From Camelus dromedarius (Eukaryota), in NCBI RefSeq assembly GCF_036321535.1, contig NC_087440.1, positions 29,388,001 through 29,452,000 on the forward strand: a stretch of 64,000 nucleotides of DNA, read 5' to 3'. Position numbers and translations under genes: made by a program. The notes under the pieces are model-generated. The model did not search any database. It was not told the origin of the DNA and worked only from the letters and a program-made list of their open reading frames with translations. This document shows, piece by piece, positions 12,396-25,118 of the stretch; position 1 is the stretch's first letter; each line of letters begins with the position of its first letter.

Positions 12396-12723
12396 TGTTG
12401 TTGGCCCAAAATGTGCCTCAATGGCATATTGATTATTTTGAATTAAAGTTACTTAAGAAATAACCAATGCAAGAGGGACATCTGACCCTTCCAGTCTCCC
12501 TGAAAGCAGGAAATAAATCTCTCATATGAAAGGTGCACTCCTTGCATCTGGAGATGGAAGGACACCTTTATCTCCAAGGAGAGAATTTAGGCCAAAAAAC
12601 CTGTATAAACAAACCCTGTTACTTCTTTAATTTACTATCTCAAGTCCAAACTCTGTTTAGATTCTTCACTAATTGGGCACCCAAAACCTAAGGTTTTTTG
12701 TCCTGTCAATTCCTCACAACTGT

Positions 12724-12785
<62 letters not shown>

Positions 12786-12985
12786 TATACATACATAAAT
12801 AGCCAAAAAGTATAAAATCTACCTGCTTTGGCCACTTCTTAGGTTTCATTTCTTTGAGACTTCCATGTACATGAATGAAAATTTGTTTCTTTTTTTCCTA
12901 TTAATCCGTCTTGTGTCAATTTTATTATTAGTCTAGCCACAAGAGCTCATGAAAAGTAACGGGGAAAGCATCCCCCTTCCCAACG
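12396..12985 (+). mobile_element. Solo ERV1 LTR (MER34-family-like)
   Basis: Starts TG (tgttgttggcccaaaatgtgcctcaatggcatattgattattttgaattaaag) and ends ccccttcccaacg. 4-bp TSD ttat at 12392-12395 and 12986-12989, typical of ERV1. Confidence 0.75.
12726..12782. repeat. (AC)n microsatellite, about 28 units, inside the LTR
   Basis: Directly visible. Confidence 0.98.
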
Positions 12986-13227
12986 TTATAAAGACTTTCA
13001 GTCTGAATCAAATAAGTATTATTTCATAAGCAAAATACAGGATGTCCCATCCTCCTGTTACCTAAGATGGTTTGTTTACTGTTATGAAAGCAAATGCTAT
13101 GAAAAGGAAGAAAGTGCGTCCTTTGGTATTTGAGATGTAGCAATGATTCACAGAGGAGGGGACCCCAGCCTGTCTTGTATTATGAGCTTCTATTTATCAC
13201 AAGGGAGAGCTGGAGACCATTAGAAAC

Positions 13228-14132
13228 TCACTCTCGGTGCCTTAGTTTTCACATTGCTGATATTACCTCCTTATTTCTTAAGGTGTAGATCAAGGGATTT
13301 AAAAGAGGGGTAAAAACAGTATAAAATATTGACAGAACATTATCCACTGGGAGGTTGCTAAAAGGCCAGGCATAAATGAAGATGCAGGGCCCGAAGAAGA
13401 GGGTCACCACAGTGATGTGGGCAGTCAGGGTGGCCCTGGCCTTGGCCATGCCTGCCAAGGAATGCCGTCGCATGGTGACCAGGATGACCGTGTAGGAGAC
13501 CAGCAAGAGCACAAAGGAGCTCATGGCCATTAGCCCACTGTCTGAAAGCATCAAGACCTCAACAGTAAAGGTGTCTGTGCAGGCAAGTTTGATAACCAGG
13601 GGAAGGTTGCAGAAAAAACTGTCCACTTTGTTGGGTCCACAGAATGGAAGGTTTACTGTGAAGACCAACTGACTTACTGAGTGCAGAAACCCAAGGAGCC
13701 AGGAGCCCGCCATGAGGCTTGTGCACTTGCGCACACTCATGATGGTCACATAATGCAGGGGGCGACAGATGGCTACGTATCTATCGTACGCCATGGCCAC
13801 AAGGACCTTCATCTCAGCACCACCAAAGACGTTCAGGAAGAATATCTGGGCCATGCAGCCCTCAAAAGAGATGGTCTTACACTCCACAAGGAAATCAGCA
13901 ATCATTTTGGGGGTGGCAAAGCTGGACAGACACACATCAATGAAGGAGAGGTTACCAAGTAGAAAGTACATGGGTGTATACAGGGCAGGTTCAAAGATGA
14001 CTGTGAGCACAATGAGGAGGTTCCCCAGCACAGTGGATAAATAGAAAAGTGTGAAAAATGCAAAATAGAAAAGCTGTAGCTCTCGAGAACCTGAAAGACT
14101 GTGTAATTCAAATTCAGTCACTCTTGGTCCAT
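13228..14132 (-). pseudogene. OR4K-subfamily pseudogene, closest in-window paralogue of the 30935 gene
   Basis: ATG GAC CAA GA|GTG ACT GAA TTT: the ATG at 14132 is out of frame with the 7TM ORF (14121-13249). Premature TGA at 13249-13251 follows LRNKEVISAM. Motifs MAYDRYVAIC, FCGPN and FFGPCIF are present. Splice acceptor at 14168-14169. Confidence 0.88.
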
Positions 14133-14449
14133 GATTTCAAATTTCTGAAATTGGATCAGAAATGTTCCTGTAAAGTGAAATGGAAAAGCATCCTAAGATT
14201 GGGAGAGTAACGAACAAAGCCAAGTGTGATATCAAATTCCACTCAACATACTTATGTACTTTAGATCCTTATTAGCACACAAAGTACACATTGCATACAA
14301 TCATTTATTTCGTAATGACTGTATAATCTTGGCTTTCATCTCTGCATCCCAGCATGATAGCTTTCTTCTAAAAATAAACACTTAACCTTCATCTCCACAA
14401 TTTTTAAATGGCTGATAAGTTGGAAAGAAACTCCAGAGTCATACTGACG

Positions 14450-14585
14450 GGTTTTAAATGCTATCTCTTGTAATTCCAAGCAATGCGACCTTGGGCAGTT
14501 TAATTAAACACTCTATGCTTCAGTTTTTGCAACTGTAAATTGGAGAAGTTAATAGTATATAGCTCACAGGATTGTTAGGATTCAG
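14450..14585 (+). mobile_element. MIR
   Basis: gcgaccttgggcagtttaattaaacactctatgcttcagtttttgcaactgtaaattggag...cacaggattgttagga. Confidence 0.65.
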
Positions 14586-15459
14586 AGAGTTACAGGTATC
14601 CCCTGTTTATTGAAAGTTGGCTTTATACCACTTTTTCAAAAGACTTACATTAGTACTTGTTTTCACTAACTTAAAGAAATCTGAAGAGGATTTTTGCTTT
14701 TACGAAGGAAAAGAGAAAAGCAAAAATAGTGGCAACATTTGTTTTTCAGTGAGTGTTACAGAGGCATCAGACTTCCTGAGCAGTGAGGGTGGTATCACCA
14801 GGCTCCTCTCCCAGAACTACCCATAGCGTCTCAGCATCAGGTCACCATAGCTTTGAACTGTGTTAATTCCACGTTTTTATCTTTTTTTTGTTAAATAACT
14901 CCTAATTTAGACTCACCGTAAATATATAATGGCTCTTTCTCACCAGTGACTCTGAATTTATGTAAGTTTAATATTTAATCTTCAGTCAATAGCAAGTACA
15001 AAAAAGGATATAGTGCTGATATTGTCGATCTGTTTTCCCTGTCTATTTACGCAAACAGATTTTATGATTCTGAAGAAGTCTTATTTTATTCTTTAATTTT
15101 TTTACAGTAAATTGTTCATGGATGATGTTCAATAATATTTGTTGATCCAAATAAATTAAATGAAGTTTTCTGTTTCAAATCAGCTAAAGAGAACTGGTTT
15201 TATTTCATTGGCTAATTATCTGTGTATTTTGGAGAAAACTCTAAAAAAAACTGCTTCTTGAGAGGCAATCCACCCATTCAGTGGATCTCTCCCCTTAAGA
15301 ATTCAAGGTCATCATGCTCCTTTCTGCAGATACCTAGTGAAATCTGCAGTCAAATAAAATAATAACTGTCCAAACCTCTGTTTCTTTATCTGGAATTAAG
15401 TAAAATTCCTAGAGGGGTGCGAAACCTATTTACTAAATCATCTGTATGAGAATCTCTTG

Positions 15460-15630
15460 CTACTGTTACATACAAAGAAAAGCTTATAAAGACCTACCCC
15501 AAAGTGTTAACAGTGGTTATCTCTGGGCAAAAAAATGCAACAAATTTATTCCTTATACATTTCTGTGCTTGCTGAATTTTTCTGTTGTGCAATGTGTATA
15601 TATTACCTTTTCAATTGGAAAAAAAAAACA
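15460..15630 (+). mobile_element. L1ME/L1MC-like 3' terminus with A tail
   Basis: caaagtgttaacagtggttatctctggg...tatattaccttttcaattggaaaaaaaaaac. Confidence 0.6.
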
Positions 15631-17429
15631 GTAAAGCACTTTTAAAAAAAATACATTTCTATTTTTTAATTTAGAAAAATCAAATATTATGATAAAAAAT
15701 TATCTAATGAGAAAATAGAGATAATAACTGTATATATAAAACATATATCATTGTATACACATTACACATTATTACATAACCTACCATTCAACAATATATA
15801 ATAAATATTTCCTGCGTCAATACAGTAATTTTATACCAGCTTTTTTATGTGTTTATTTATTGTAAGGATGTTTCTAACTTTCTGAATCATTAACATATAA
15901 TAACTTTGCTTTTATTTAGCTAAAACTTTATGGTTATATACATTTATTTAGGATACATTATTATAATTATGCACTTAAGAATTTTTAAGTTAATTGTACC
16001 AAAACGTATCTCACTAAAATGATTTTTGAGAATGCCCATTCTTCACCTCCCCACTTTTTTGACAAGATGGTGTATTACAGTTTTTGTTTTTGTTTTTTTA
16101 CTAATTTCCTATATAAAAATGCATCTTATTGATATATCAATGCATTTAATGATTATCAGTGGAGTTGACCACTAATCCACAAATTGATCATTTGTATTTT
16201 TTTTACTGTACAATTGCTTTTACATATTTTTCTATGAGAAATAGTGTAGAAGTGACGCAAAAATAGATATATTGAAACTCTCTAGAGCTAGACCTAGAGA
16301 TGTGTACTTAAGAATCCAATTTAATTGGACTGCTTTGAATATCACACAAAAAATTGCATGCTATTAATTTGGGTAAAATTTCATAAATTTAAAAGAACAA
16401 GAGAATACTTTAAGATAGACAGATTTCTTGAATTACTCAGTCCTATAATTCCTAAGAAAGACACCCAGTGCTTTGTGTATAGAACTAGGAACAAGACCAA
16501 ATCTTACTCCACATCTCTGCCTTTCGTTATTTAATTTTGAATAGTTTCATAAACTCTGCACCCTGTAAACTTAATAGGAATCTTATAGAAAAACATATGG
16601 ATGTGCCCTTCTGTACCAAAGTTATTATAAGGTAAATTAAAGATAAAGAAACAAATAAAAATTCTTAAAATGAAAAAAAAAACTTCATAAGAGGCAAGCT
16701 GAAAGTCATGTGCAAAAGAGAAGGTGGACTTTCAACTTTTCCTGATAAAAACGTGTTAGATTGAGATTTTTGAGTGTGTGGCTCTTTCCGAACACTAAAT
16801 TGTGGATACGTTACTCATCATCTGGATTCCTGAAGCCTGTACACACACAAATACAGGATCTCGGAAAGTACAGAGCCTGAAATAATCTCAGTAGGTCACT
16901 CTAAACTGAGAGCAGAACTGTGCACAGTAAGTGCTCATAAATTATCCATCAGTGATTTTAATTAGAATAACCAAATGCCATTGAAATAACTGAATATAGT
17001 AACTTTTTATTTCTCTAATTTGTCCACTTGGAAAATTTTTTTTATTTTCATTCAGTTCCTTAGAAATGATGTTAAGTGCGTGTATGTGTATATGTATGGA
17101 GATACACATATATATGTGTGTATGTGTGTATAGTACTTGATTCAGTCACATCCAGAACACAATGTTTGTGAAAATCTGGAAGCTATTAAATACAGGATAT
17201 AATTGAATTATATACAGGATATAATCAAATTTTTATATATATGTTATAATATTTAGATGAGATAATGAGCCTCCATTTCTCATTATGTGCTAAGAATTCT
17301 ACAAGACTATACATAGAAATGTAGACATATGGATATAAACAGAAGTATAAAGTATCTATATGACACTAGACTATATACACACACAATCTTGAATAACTCT
17401 ATGCATATAAAATAGTATAATCTAGAATG

Positions 17430-17560
17430 CTCATAATAGCCCTTCAAGTATGGTTCCATCCTTATGTTACTAAATCTCAAGTTAAATAATTGAATAGTTG
17501 GATTGGCCATATGGCAAGCAAGTGACAGAGCTAGAATTTTTCATTGTAGAACCTGTATGC
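17430..17560 (-). mobile_element. MIR fragment
   Basis: ccatccttatgttactaaatctcaagttaaataattgaatagttgg...aagtgacagagctagaattt. Confidence 0.4.
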
Positions 17561-20500
17561 TAAGTGTTCTAAAATGGTATGTTGTCATAGTTATTTCCGT
17601 GAACATCAATGCAACAATTTAAACAAAAAAATATGTGCTTATGTGTATAATGAAGCAATTGAATTTAAGTGAACATTTGACCATTCATGTGACACCACAT
17701 CACACGCCATGACTGTAGGAATAAACTTAGAAATAACAGTGGCTGAGTCAGCAGAAGAGAGCCTAAAGTTTAGTGCATATAGAAAAATGGACTTATCTCA
17801 GAATTTAACAGTTCAAACAAGAAGAAACAAATTCAATCTCACTCCCAGAATTAAAAGCAATAGAAAATTATATTAAAATAGTTTGTCTACAGAGAGCTAT
17901 ATGAAGTGGCAGAAGTATTAAAACTTACATGAGTCATTACTCAGCTGTTGTATAAGATTCACTAGGAGAATTGGAATTTGTCCAGTCTTTTTATTTCATA
18001 AGTTCCACATGCATACCCTGAGGTATCATGATGATATGAGAAATAGGTTCTTCTTAGACAACTTGTGGTACTCCTTGTACTTTATATACTATTTAAAAGG
18101 AGGTAGAGGTGAAAATTTTGTATTGATGAGTAATTTTGTCCCAGTGGGGCCATTGCTAACAAGCCCTTTCATACTATAGACTAACAAATATCATTTTTAT
18201 CTAGGGATTCACACTTCTTAAAATCATGTTTCCACCCTATCTATAGATTAGTTGTTTTAATGGTCTGTTATAACTGGTATATAATTCACTTCCTATGAAA
18301 ATGTATCCACAAACAAAATATCTGAGTGTTTCCTAGAGTTGTAATTGGACTCTCATAAAGCAACTTTTACTCTCTGCAGGTCCAATTCAGTTCCATTAAC
18401 GTCTTCTGAGAAATATATATTATTTCAAGACATATTCTACTTACTGTAATGAAAAGTGTAGCAAAATTACAGTATTGCAAAATGATAAACCATTTAGGCA
18501 AGACAAAATAGCTCTTAATTTTTCTTCACTTCCCATTTAAACATAATTCAGAAATGTGTGAAAATAGAGTATCTACTACATGCAAAACCACAGAATAAGA
18601 ACTTTAAAAATGTGTAAGACAAAGTACTTATCTGTAAGTAGCCTCTCATTGTCTACACACATACCAGTATGATGAAGGAGAAAAGCTTCAACCAGAACCT
18701 GGATAAGCAGAAGCTCTTTATCTACAACATGACAAGCAGTGAGCACTTGGGATGTACTGCCAAGAGCTGGGGGGTAGGAGTCTCTGAGATGCTGCTTTCT
18801 CAAAATTATCTGCTTCCATCCGGGTGATGCCTCAGTAAATGTTCTCCTTGGGAGATGAGACTCTCCGCTTTCACCTCTATTGTCCACAAAGAAGAAAGCA
18901 ATAAAAGAACGTTAGTGATGTGTGTATCAGTGGCAACAAAAGAGCACATTCTGAGCCATCACCCAGCCCAACAGGAAACAGTACTTCCTGGACTGGTAGC
19001 AAGAGGGAAGAAACAGTTTTTTTGTCTTGCTCTTCTGTTTAGCTTTCTGTGGGTCTTCTATTTAGTCTTCTTATTCACAATGTGAGCTATGCTTCAGACT
19101 CTGAAAGATGAGGTTCCAAAACATCATGACCAGCTTCCTAGTCCAGGATATAGGGTTTTTCCCAAACCAGTGACTGCATTGAACACACATTCACTATGTC
19201 TGATTCAAGTTCCTATAAAGGATTCATTGCAGACCTTAATAATTTTCTAAAACTGTGTTAGATGAACAGAATGATTTCATAATCTGTCCTGATGGAGTCC
19301 TTTTTGAACAGAAAGGCCCAGTTTATAAATGCTTGTCAGCTTCCTTCTACTTTACTTGAAGCATGCATGAGTGTGGATGACCCTGATTTGGGTGTTTCCA
19401 AAGGAAACCCTTATATTCTTATGAAAATAAACAGAATAATTGGGTTAAAACCTAAGAAGAACCAAGGATAATGTGTGTTTTAAAAGAAGAGCACAAGACA
19501 ACTCTAATCAATTTTATTTACCAAGGAGTTATAGACTTAAAGCAGTTTCCACATTATGGGCAAAAACTGTATATGAGGTATCTCTAGCAGTCATTGCTGT
19601 CCAAGAAATCTTTGATCATACTACTAACACCAAGAAGGAAGTGAAAGTATAGTACAGGGACCTATTAAGTTAAAAATCACTGAATGCATAGCATGAGTAT
19701 GATACCTCCACAGAGCAGATGTGTGTGGTCCATCTGTCCTTGCATCAGCTGGACCTGACCCTCTAGAGTGAAGCCACCTTGGAGGAAGTTGGGCTAGTAT
19801 ATAATACTGCAGTGACATTGTAATGTGCTTCTGGATCAGCATTTTCAATGATCTCCAAAGTAACTGCCTTTGAGTTTGCTGCCCTTTAAACCAGTGTTCA
19901 GATACCATATGAGGGCCCAGTAAATACCTGATTCAGATCATGTATGATGGGGGTCTTGTTTTATTTTTATATGGTCTTACTGCCAAGTGTCTATAAAGCT
20001 TCATCTGTATTATATAAATATTTTATGGATTTAAAAGTGGTTAACTGTCATATTTTGATATCAACACAGTTTTAGAGATAAAATGACAAAATGGTACCTG
20101 ACCAACATCCAGTGACTTTATAAAGCCGCAGGAAATGTGGTGTGTAAAGTCCTTTAAGTTGTGTATGTAAGGAGGAAAAAAGAAAAGAAAGGTGAATTTG
20201 AAAACTATTCCCTTGAATTTTTATAAAATTATTTTTACATGCTAAATTAGTTTTTGGATCTCTTTGATGCAAAATGTGTGGGGAAAAAAGAATACTAACG
20301 GGATTTTTTTAAGTCCTAGAACTAAATCTTATAAATTACTTGCAGTATTTTAGATCATAAAGGAAACAGAAGTTTTAGTTTAGCCAGTACTAATATACAC
20401 CTAAATTTTATAAAATTAATTTCATACAATTTATTTTTATTGAAGTATTGTTGATGTACAATATTATATGTTACAGGTGTACAATACAGTGATTCATAAT

Positions 20501-20823
20501 GTTTAAAGGTTATACTCCATTTATAGTTATTATAAAATATTGACTACGTTCCCTGTATTGTACAATATATCCTTATATCTTATTTCATACATAATAGTTT
20601 GTACCTATTAATCTCCTACCCTTATATTTCCCCTTTCCCTCCCCTTTCCACTCTGATGACCACTAGTTTGTTCTCTGTGTCTGTGAGTCTGCTTCTTTTT
20701 TGTTATATTCACTAGTTTGCATAGATTCCACATATAAGTGATATCATATAGCATTTGTCTTTCTCTGTCTGACTTATTTCATTTAGCATAATACCCTCAA
20801 AGTCCATCCATGTTGCAAATGGC

Positions 20824-20976
20824 NNNNNNNNNNNNNNNNNNNNNNNNNNNNNNNNNNNNNNNNNNNNNNNNNNNNNNNNNNNNNNNNNNNNNNNNNNNNN
20901 NNNNNNNNNNNNNNNNNNNNNNNNNNNNNNNNNNNNNNNNNNNNNNNNNNNNNNNNNNNNNNNNNNNNNNNNNNNN
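20824..20976. other. N-run (153 nt) inside L1
   Basis: Directly visible. Confidence 0.99.
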
Positions 20977-21022
20977 TTCAAATTAGTGTTTTGGGTTTTT
21001 TGGGTATATACCCAGGAGTTTA

Positions 21023-21154
21023 NNNNNNNNNNNNNNNNNNNNNNNNNNNNNNNNNNNNNNNNNNNNNNNNNNNNNNNNNNNNNNNNNNNNNNNNNNNNNN
21101 NNNNNNNNNNNNNNNNNNNNNNNNNNNNNNNNNNNNNNNNNNNNNNNNNNNNNN
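21023..21154. other. N-run (132 nt) inside L1
   Basis: Directly visible. Confidence 0.99.
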
Positions 21155-24100
21155 ATTTGTTATTTGTGTACTCTTTTATAATAGCCATGCTGACAGGTCT
21201 GAGAAGATATCTCATTGTGCTTTTGATTTGCATTTCCCTGATGATTAGCAATGTTGAGCATCTTTTCATGTGCCTTTTGGCCATCTGCATGGAGAACTGT
21301 CTATTCAGGTCTTCTGCAAAATTTTTAAATTGGGTTCTTTGTTTTTTTGATGTTGAGTAGTATGAGCTGTTAATTTATTTTGAATATTAACCACTTTAAA
21401 TACATGTATTTTGTTATATGTTAATTACACAACAATAAAGTTATTTTAAAAATCTAAAAGTTCAAAATAAATGTATTTTACTCTAACATCAATGTTCTTT
21501 TTTTTAAAAAAGAATCTAAAGATATCTTAATGATTTGACACACAGTGCATAACTATCAGGACCTCAAGTAATCATAGATAATGTTGAAACAAATCTGCTG
21601 ACCAAGATTATCTGTCTATTTATAAAACATTAGGTGTGCATTAGAACATGCCATCCATGATGCTTTCTTTTGGTGGTCATATATCACACTGGTCAGGATA
21701 TGATTTCTCTTGAAACTGGAACTGAACCTTAATTGAATCTGATTATTTAGGTCTAGTTGGAGATTAACTGCAGAAGACATCTTTTTAGTACTTACAGGTT
21801 AAATGAAAAATGATTTAAAACTTCACCAATATTTAATGCTTAGCTGCTTTATATATAATTTTGCTTGCCTCCTTGTTCTGATTCCCAGAATGTGCAAAAG
21901 GTATCACTCTTAACAAAGAAGTCCCCAAGGGGTGGCCAGTGTAGATTATTTTCATGATTCTTGTTCTGTCCAAAACAGAGAATAGGAAAATTTCACCCAA
22001 GGGATTCCTTCCGGTGGTGAATATATGTCAGGCTGAGGGAAACTTCTTCCATAGATACTGTCTCTGCTCAGCAGTGGGTGTTATCTCAAGCATCTATCAG
22101 AAGAGAGAGTAAAATTAATTTGGTCCTAGAGAAAAACTTGTGTATAGTAAGTTATCTCATATTCTCTATGACTCTCTTCTTTGAAATAATTTTTAAAATA
22201 TTTATATGTTTCTGTTTCATGCATGCCCACTAATGCTTGGAGTTGAGTATGACTTATTTAGCTTCTAACCTTTAAAGAGATAATTCATGGCTTTTCTCCT
22301 CCTATTCTATTTGTACTGGAACTTCTGTGGTCTCCTTTAACAACAGTGTACACACCACTATGATGCTGTGCCTCAGAGATGCTCCCAGGTCTGCTTTGGG
22401 AGATCACAGGTCTTTAACCATTATCACAGCTACTTTATCATTAGCATCTCCCACCTATCCTGCTAAATGATTCTTTCCATTTAAGAAGATAAAGTATTGT
22501 ATATCAGAGAGAGTACTGCATACTAAGGTAACATTTAGCATAGAGACAGAAGTAAAAAAACTAGTTACATATCCACTGAGAAGTGATATAAAACTCAGTT
22601 ACTATAGGATTCGTAGGGCTTAATAGGATTAAAACTCATAACCTGAGGAAAAAGACAGCTTTATGTAGAGAAAGGGAGGTAGGCTATCTCTCTGTATACC
22701 TCACCCAGTGTGTATCTCAGGCAGTCTATTAAATTATCTGAGTCCAAGTTTCTCTTTGTAAAATTATAAATGTTGATAATCTCACGGTTTTAGATTACTC
22801 TTATTAAAAAATTAATAAGACATTACATCCAGACCAGAATGAAAAATGTGTAGCTATATTTTAATACTCCAAAAAGACTAACTCAATTTGTCCCCTTTCT
22901 CTAATTTTTCAATGTCACTAATCCCAAAGTTAGCAGTACCTCATTTTGTGAAGATTCACCCTGAGTTACAGGATTCCACAGGTGCTTTAAAAAAATGTGG
23001 CCGTTAACTAAGATTGTTGCCAGTAAGATTTAGAAACTGTAGAGCTTGAAGTTGCATTTTAATTAATAAAGAAATAACTAATATTTATTAAACATGCACT
23101 GAGTACCAGAAAAATTTCAGTGCTGTCTGTATATTTTCTGGCTTGAAGACAAGTCTATTAGATTGAGTGCTCTCTTTATACAGATGAGGAAATGGAAACA
23201 GAAATTAATTTAACTCAAGCTCACAAGTAATAGTGTTAGAGTTCAGACCAGATTTGACTAATTTAAAAGCCCACAGTTATTCTACTAATTATCCCAAATA
23301 TTTGATTAATATTAATCAAGTAATGTTGTCTACCAATATTGTGAAACATTAACACCTTCAAAACTGATTTTAAAAGCACTGTGATTTCTTACTAGAAATT
23401 GTTCCCCAGCAATGTGCATTTTCATCTTTTAGTAAATTCTCTCAAACATAGTTGAAATTCTGCTTTTGCTATTACCTATCTTCTAGGTCTTTTATTTCAA
23501 TAGGCACCAAACTAATTATAGAAAACTAATACTGGAAGGTATATCTTGACAAAAATTAAATTTCAGGGTAAAGGTCAAATTGTTTGAATTCCTTAGGGGA
23601 CATAAGTCTATTTGGTGTAATATCAGGATATTTTCTTTAGAAGTTAAAAAATCTCTATTATGGAGCATATATTTATTTGTAACTTGTGAGACTATTATCA
23701 CATGTTCCTGTTTTCACAGCATATGAGTGACTTTCCTAATTTCTTTGAGAAATTCTTCTTTCTTTCCATCCTTTATGCTTCTGAGTTCTCAGTATAAGGG
23801 GAGGGGAAACTACTGCTCATGAGGAGGTAGTGGTTTTCCTTGTTTACCTGCTGTCCTTGGCACCACTCTTGAGATTTCAAAGGACAAAAGAAGCTGCAAC
23901 ACCCAATAAGTATTATTTTTTTAAAGCTAATGGAAATAAGTAAAGGGGAAAGAGAGAGATGGAATTATCGTTCCCCAATTCAGCTTGAGAGGAATTCTCC
24001 ATTTACCTAAGGATAAATACAGGCAATATGGTTATTATATTTAGATGTGACTAACTGGTGATCTCTGAAGTTTTAACTTCAAGTTCAGTTAATACTAACA

Positions 24101-24469
24101 GTCAGAGACATACTTTGCTTATATGTATTTGTAGCTTATTCTCATCTATGAAAAGATGTATTTTTAAACTTTTATGGTAATATTTCAAAACCTAGGAATT
24201 TCCTAGCATCTACAGGTATAACTGAAGGTTAATATTTTCAATCAATAAGCTTGAGTTATAAGGAGCTTCCATTCGGAGTTCATCAAGTCAGAATGAGTAT
24301 GAGTGACCTTCGCCTTTGGTTAGTCTTTTTCTCAAATAACTCTCCACTGATGCTTGTTTGTTTATTTAAATAGTTTTAGTTTACTAAGTGAATTCCATTT
24401 ACTGGTGATTGTAACCAATGATAAATTATGTTTTTGCTCTATATAGCTTCTCTCCCAAAGAATGTTCCA

Positions 24470-24472
<3 letters not shown>

Positions 24473-24512
<40 letters not shown>
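24473..24512. repeat. (TG)20 microsatellite
   Basis: Directly visible. The sequence ttccaatatgt occurs on both sides. Confidence 0.98.
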
Positions 24513-24515
<3 letters not shown>

Positions 24516-25061
24516 TCCAATATGTATTTTAGAGTAATAAGCTAAACATTTAATTCTATGATGTTTTATAGAAGAGATTCAACTGAGGCTTCAAGGAATC
24601 ATTATGCTTAATAGAGAGAAACTGTAATTTTGTGCCACGTCCTTTGTTCTGGATTTCAGTATGTTTACCATCATTTTCCTAAGTAGATGACTTAAATTTT
24701 AGTTATTAACTTATAATAGTTGTTGTTGGTACCCACCCACATACTTTTCGCTAGCGTAGTAAGCTGAAGCTAGTTTCTAGATGACACCACAATCTATTCT
24801 TAGCTTTTTCTTTTTGCTGTTGTCCTTCCTCCTTGTGAGAGTACCCTCTCAATTAATCATTTATAAGAATTCTATTCTGGAAAGCCAGTTTTAGGCATTT
24901 TACTTCTCTTTGGGGCATAATGATGTAATTATTATGCCAATATCTCTCTTCCCAATTAACTTATCACTTTCAGATATAGATGCTAAGTTTCAGTGAAATT
25001 TATACTTCGTTGAGATAGAATTTCAACTGAATTTTAAAAAGTTAAGTACCCTTTCCCATCC

Positions 25062-25091
25062 CACTAACTGGCAGTCTGTCCTTCTCTCTAG
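25062..25091 (+). promoter_or_regulatory. Branch point and splice acceptor for the 25119 OR locus
   Basis: cactaac (branch consensus) at 25062-25068, then gtctgtccttctctctAG|g, 27 nt upstream of the ATG. Confidence 0.65.
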
Positions 25092-25118
25092 GTTATTTTA
25101 GAGGACACGCTGAATAAA

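Larger units (their letters stand above)
20433..21390 (-). mobile_element. L1 3' end (same family as 11668 and 28194) containing two N-runs
   Basis: tttattgaagtattgttgatgtacaatattatatg, continuing to an ORF2 C-terminus remnant ([28 protein letters not shown]). Confidence 0.88.
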
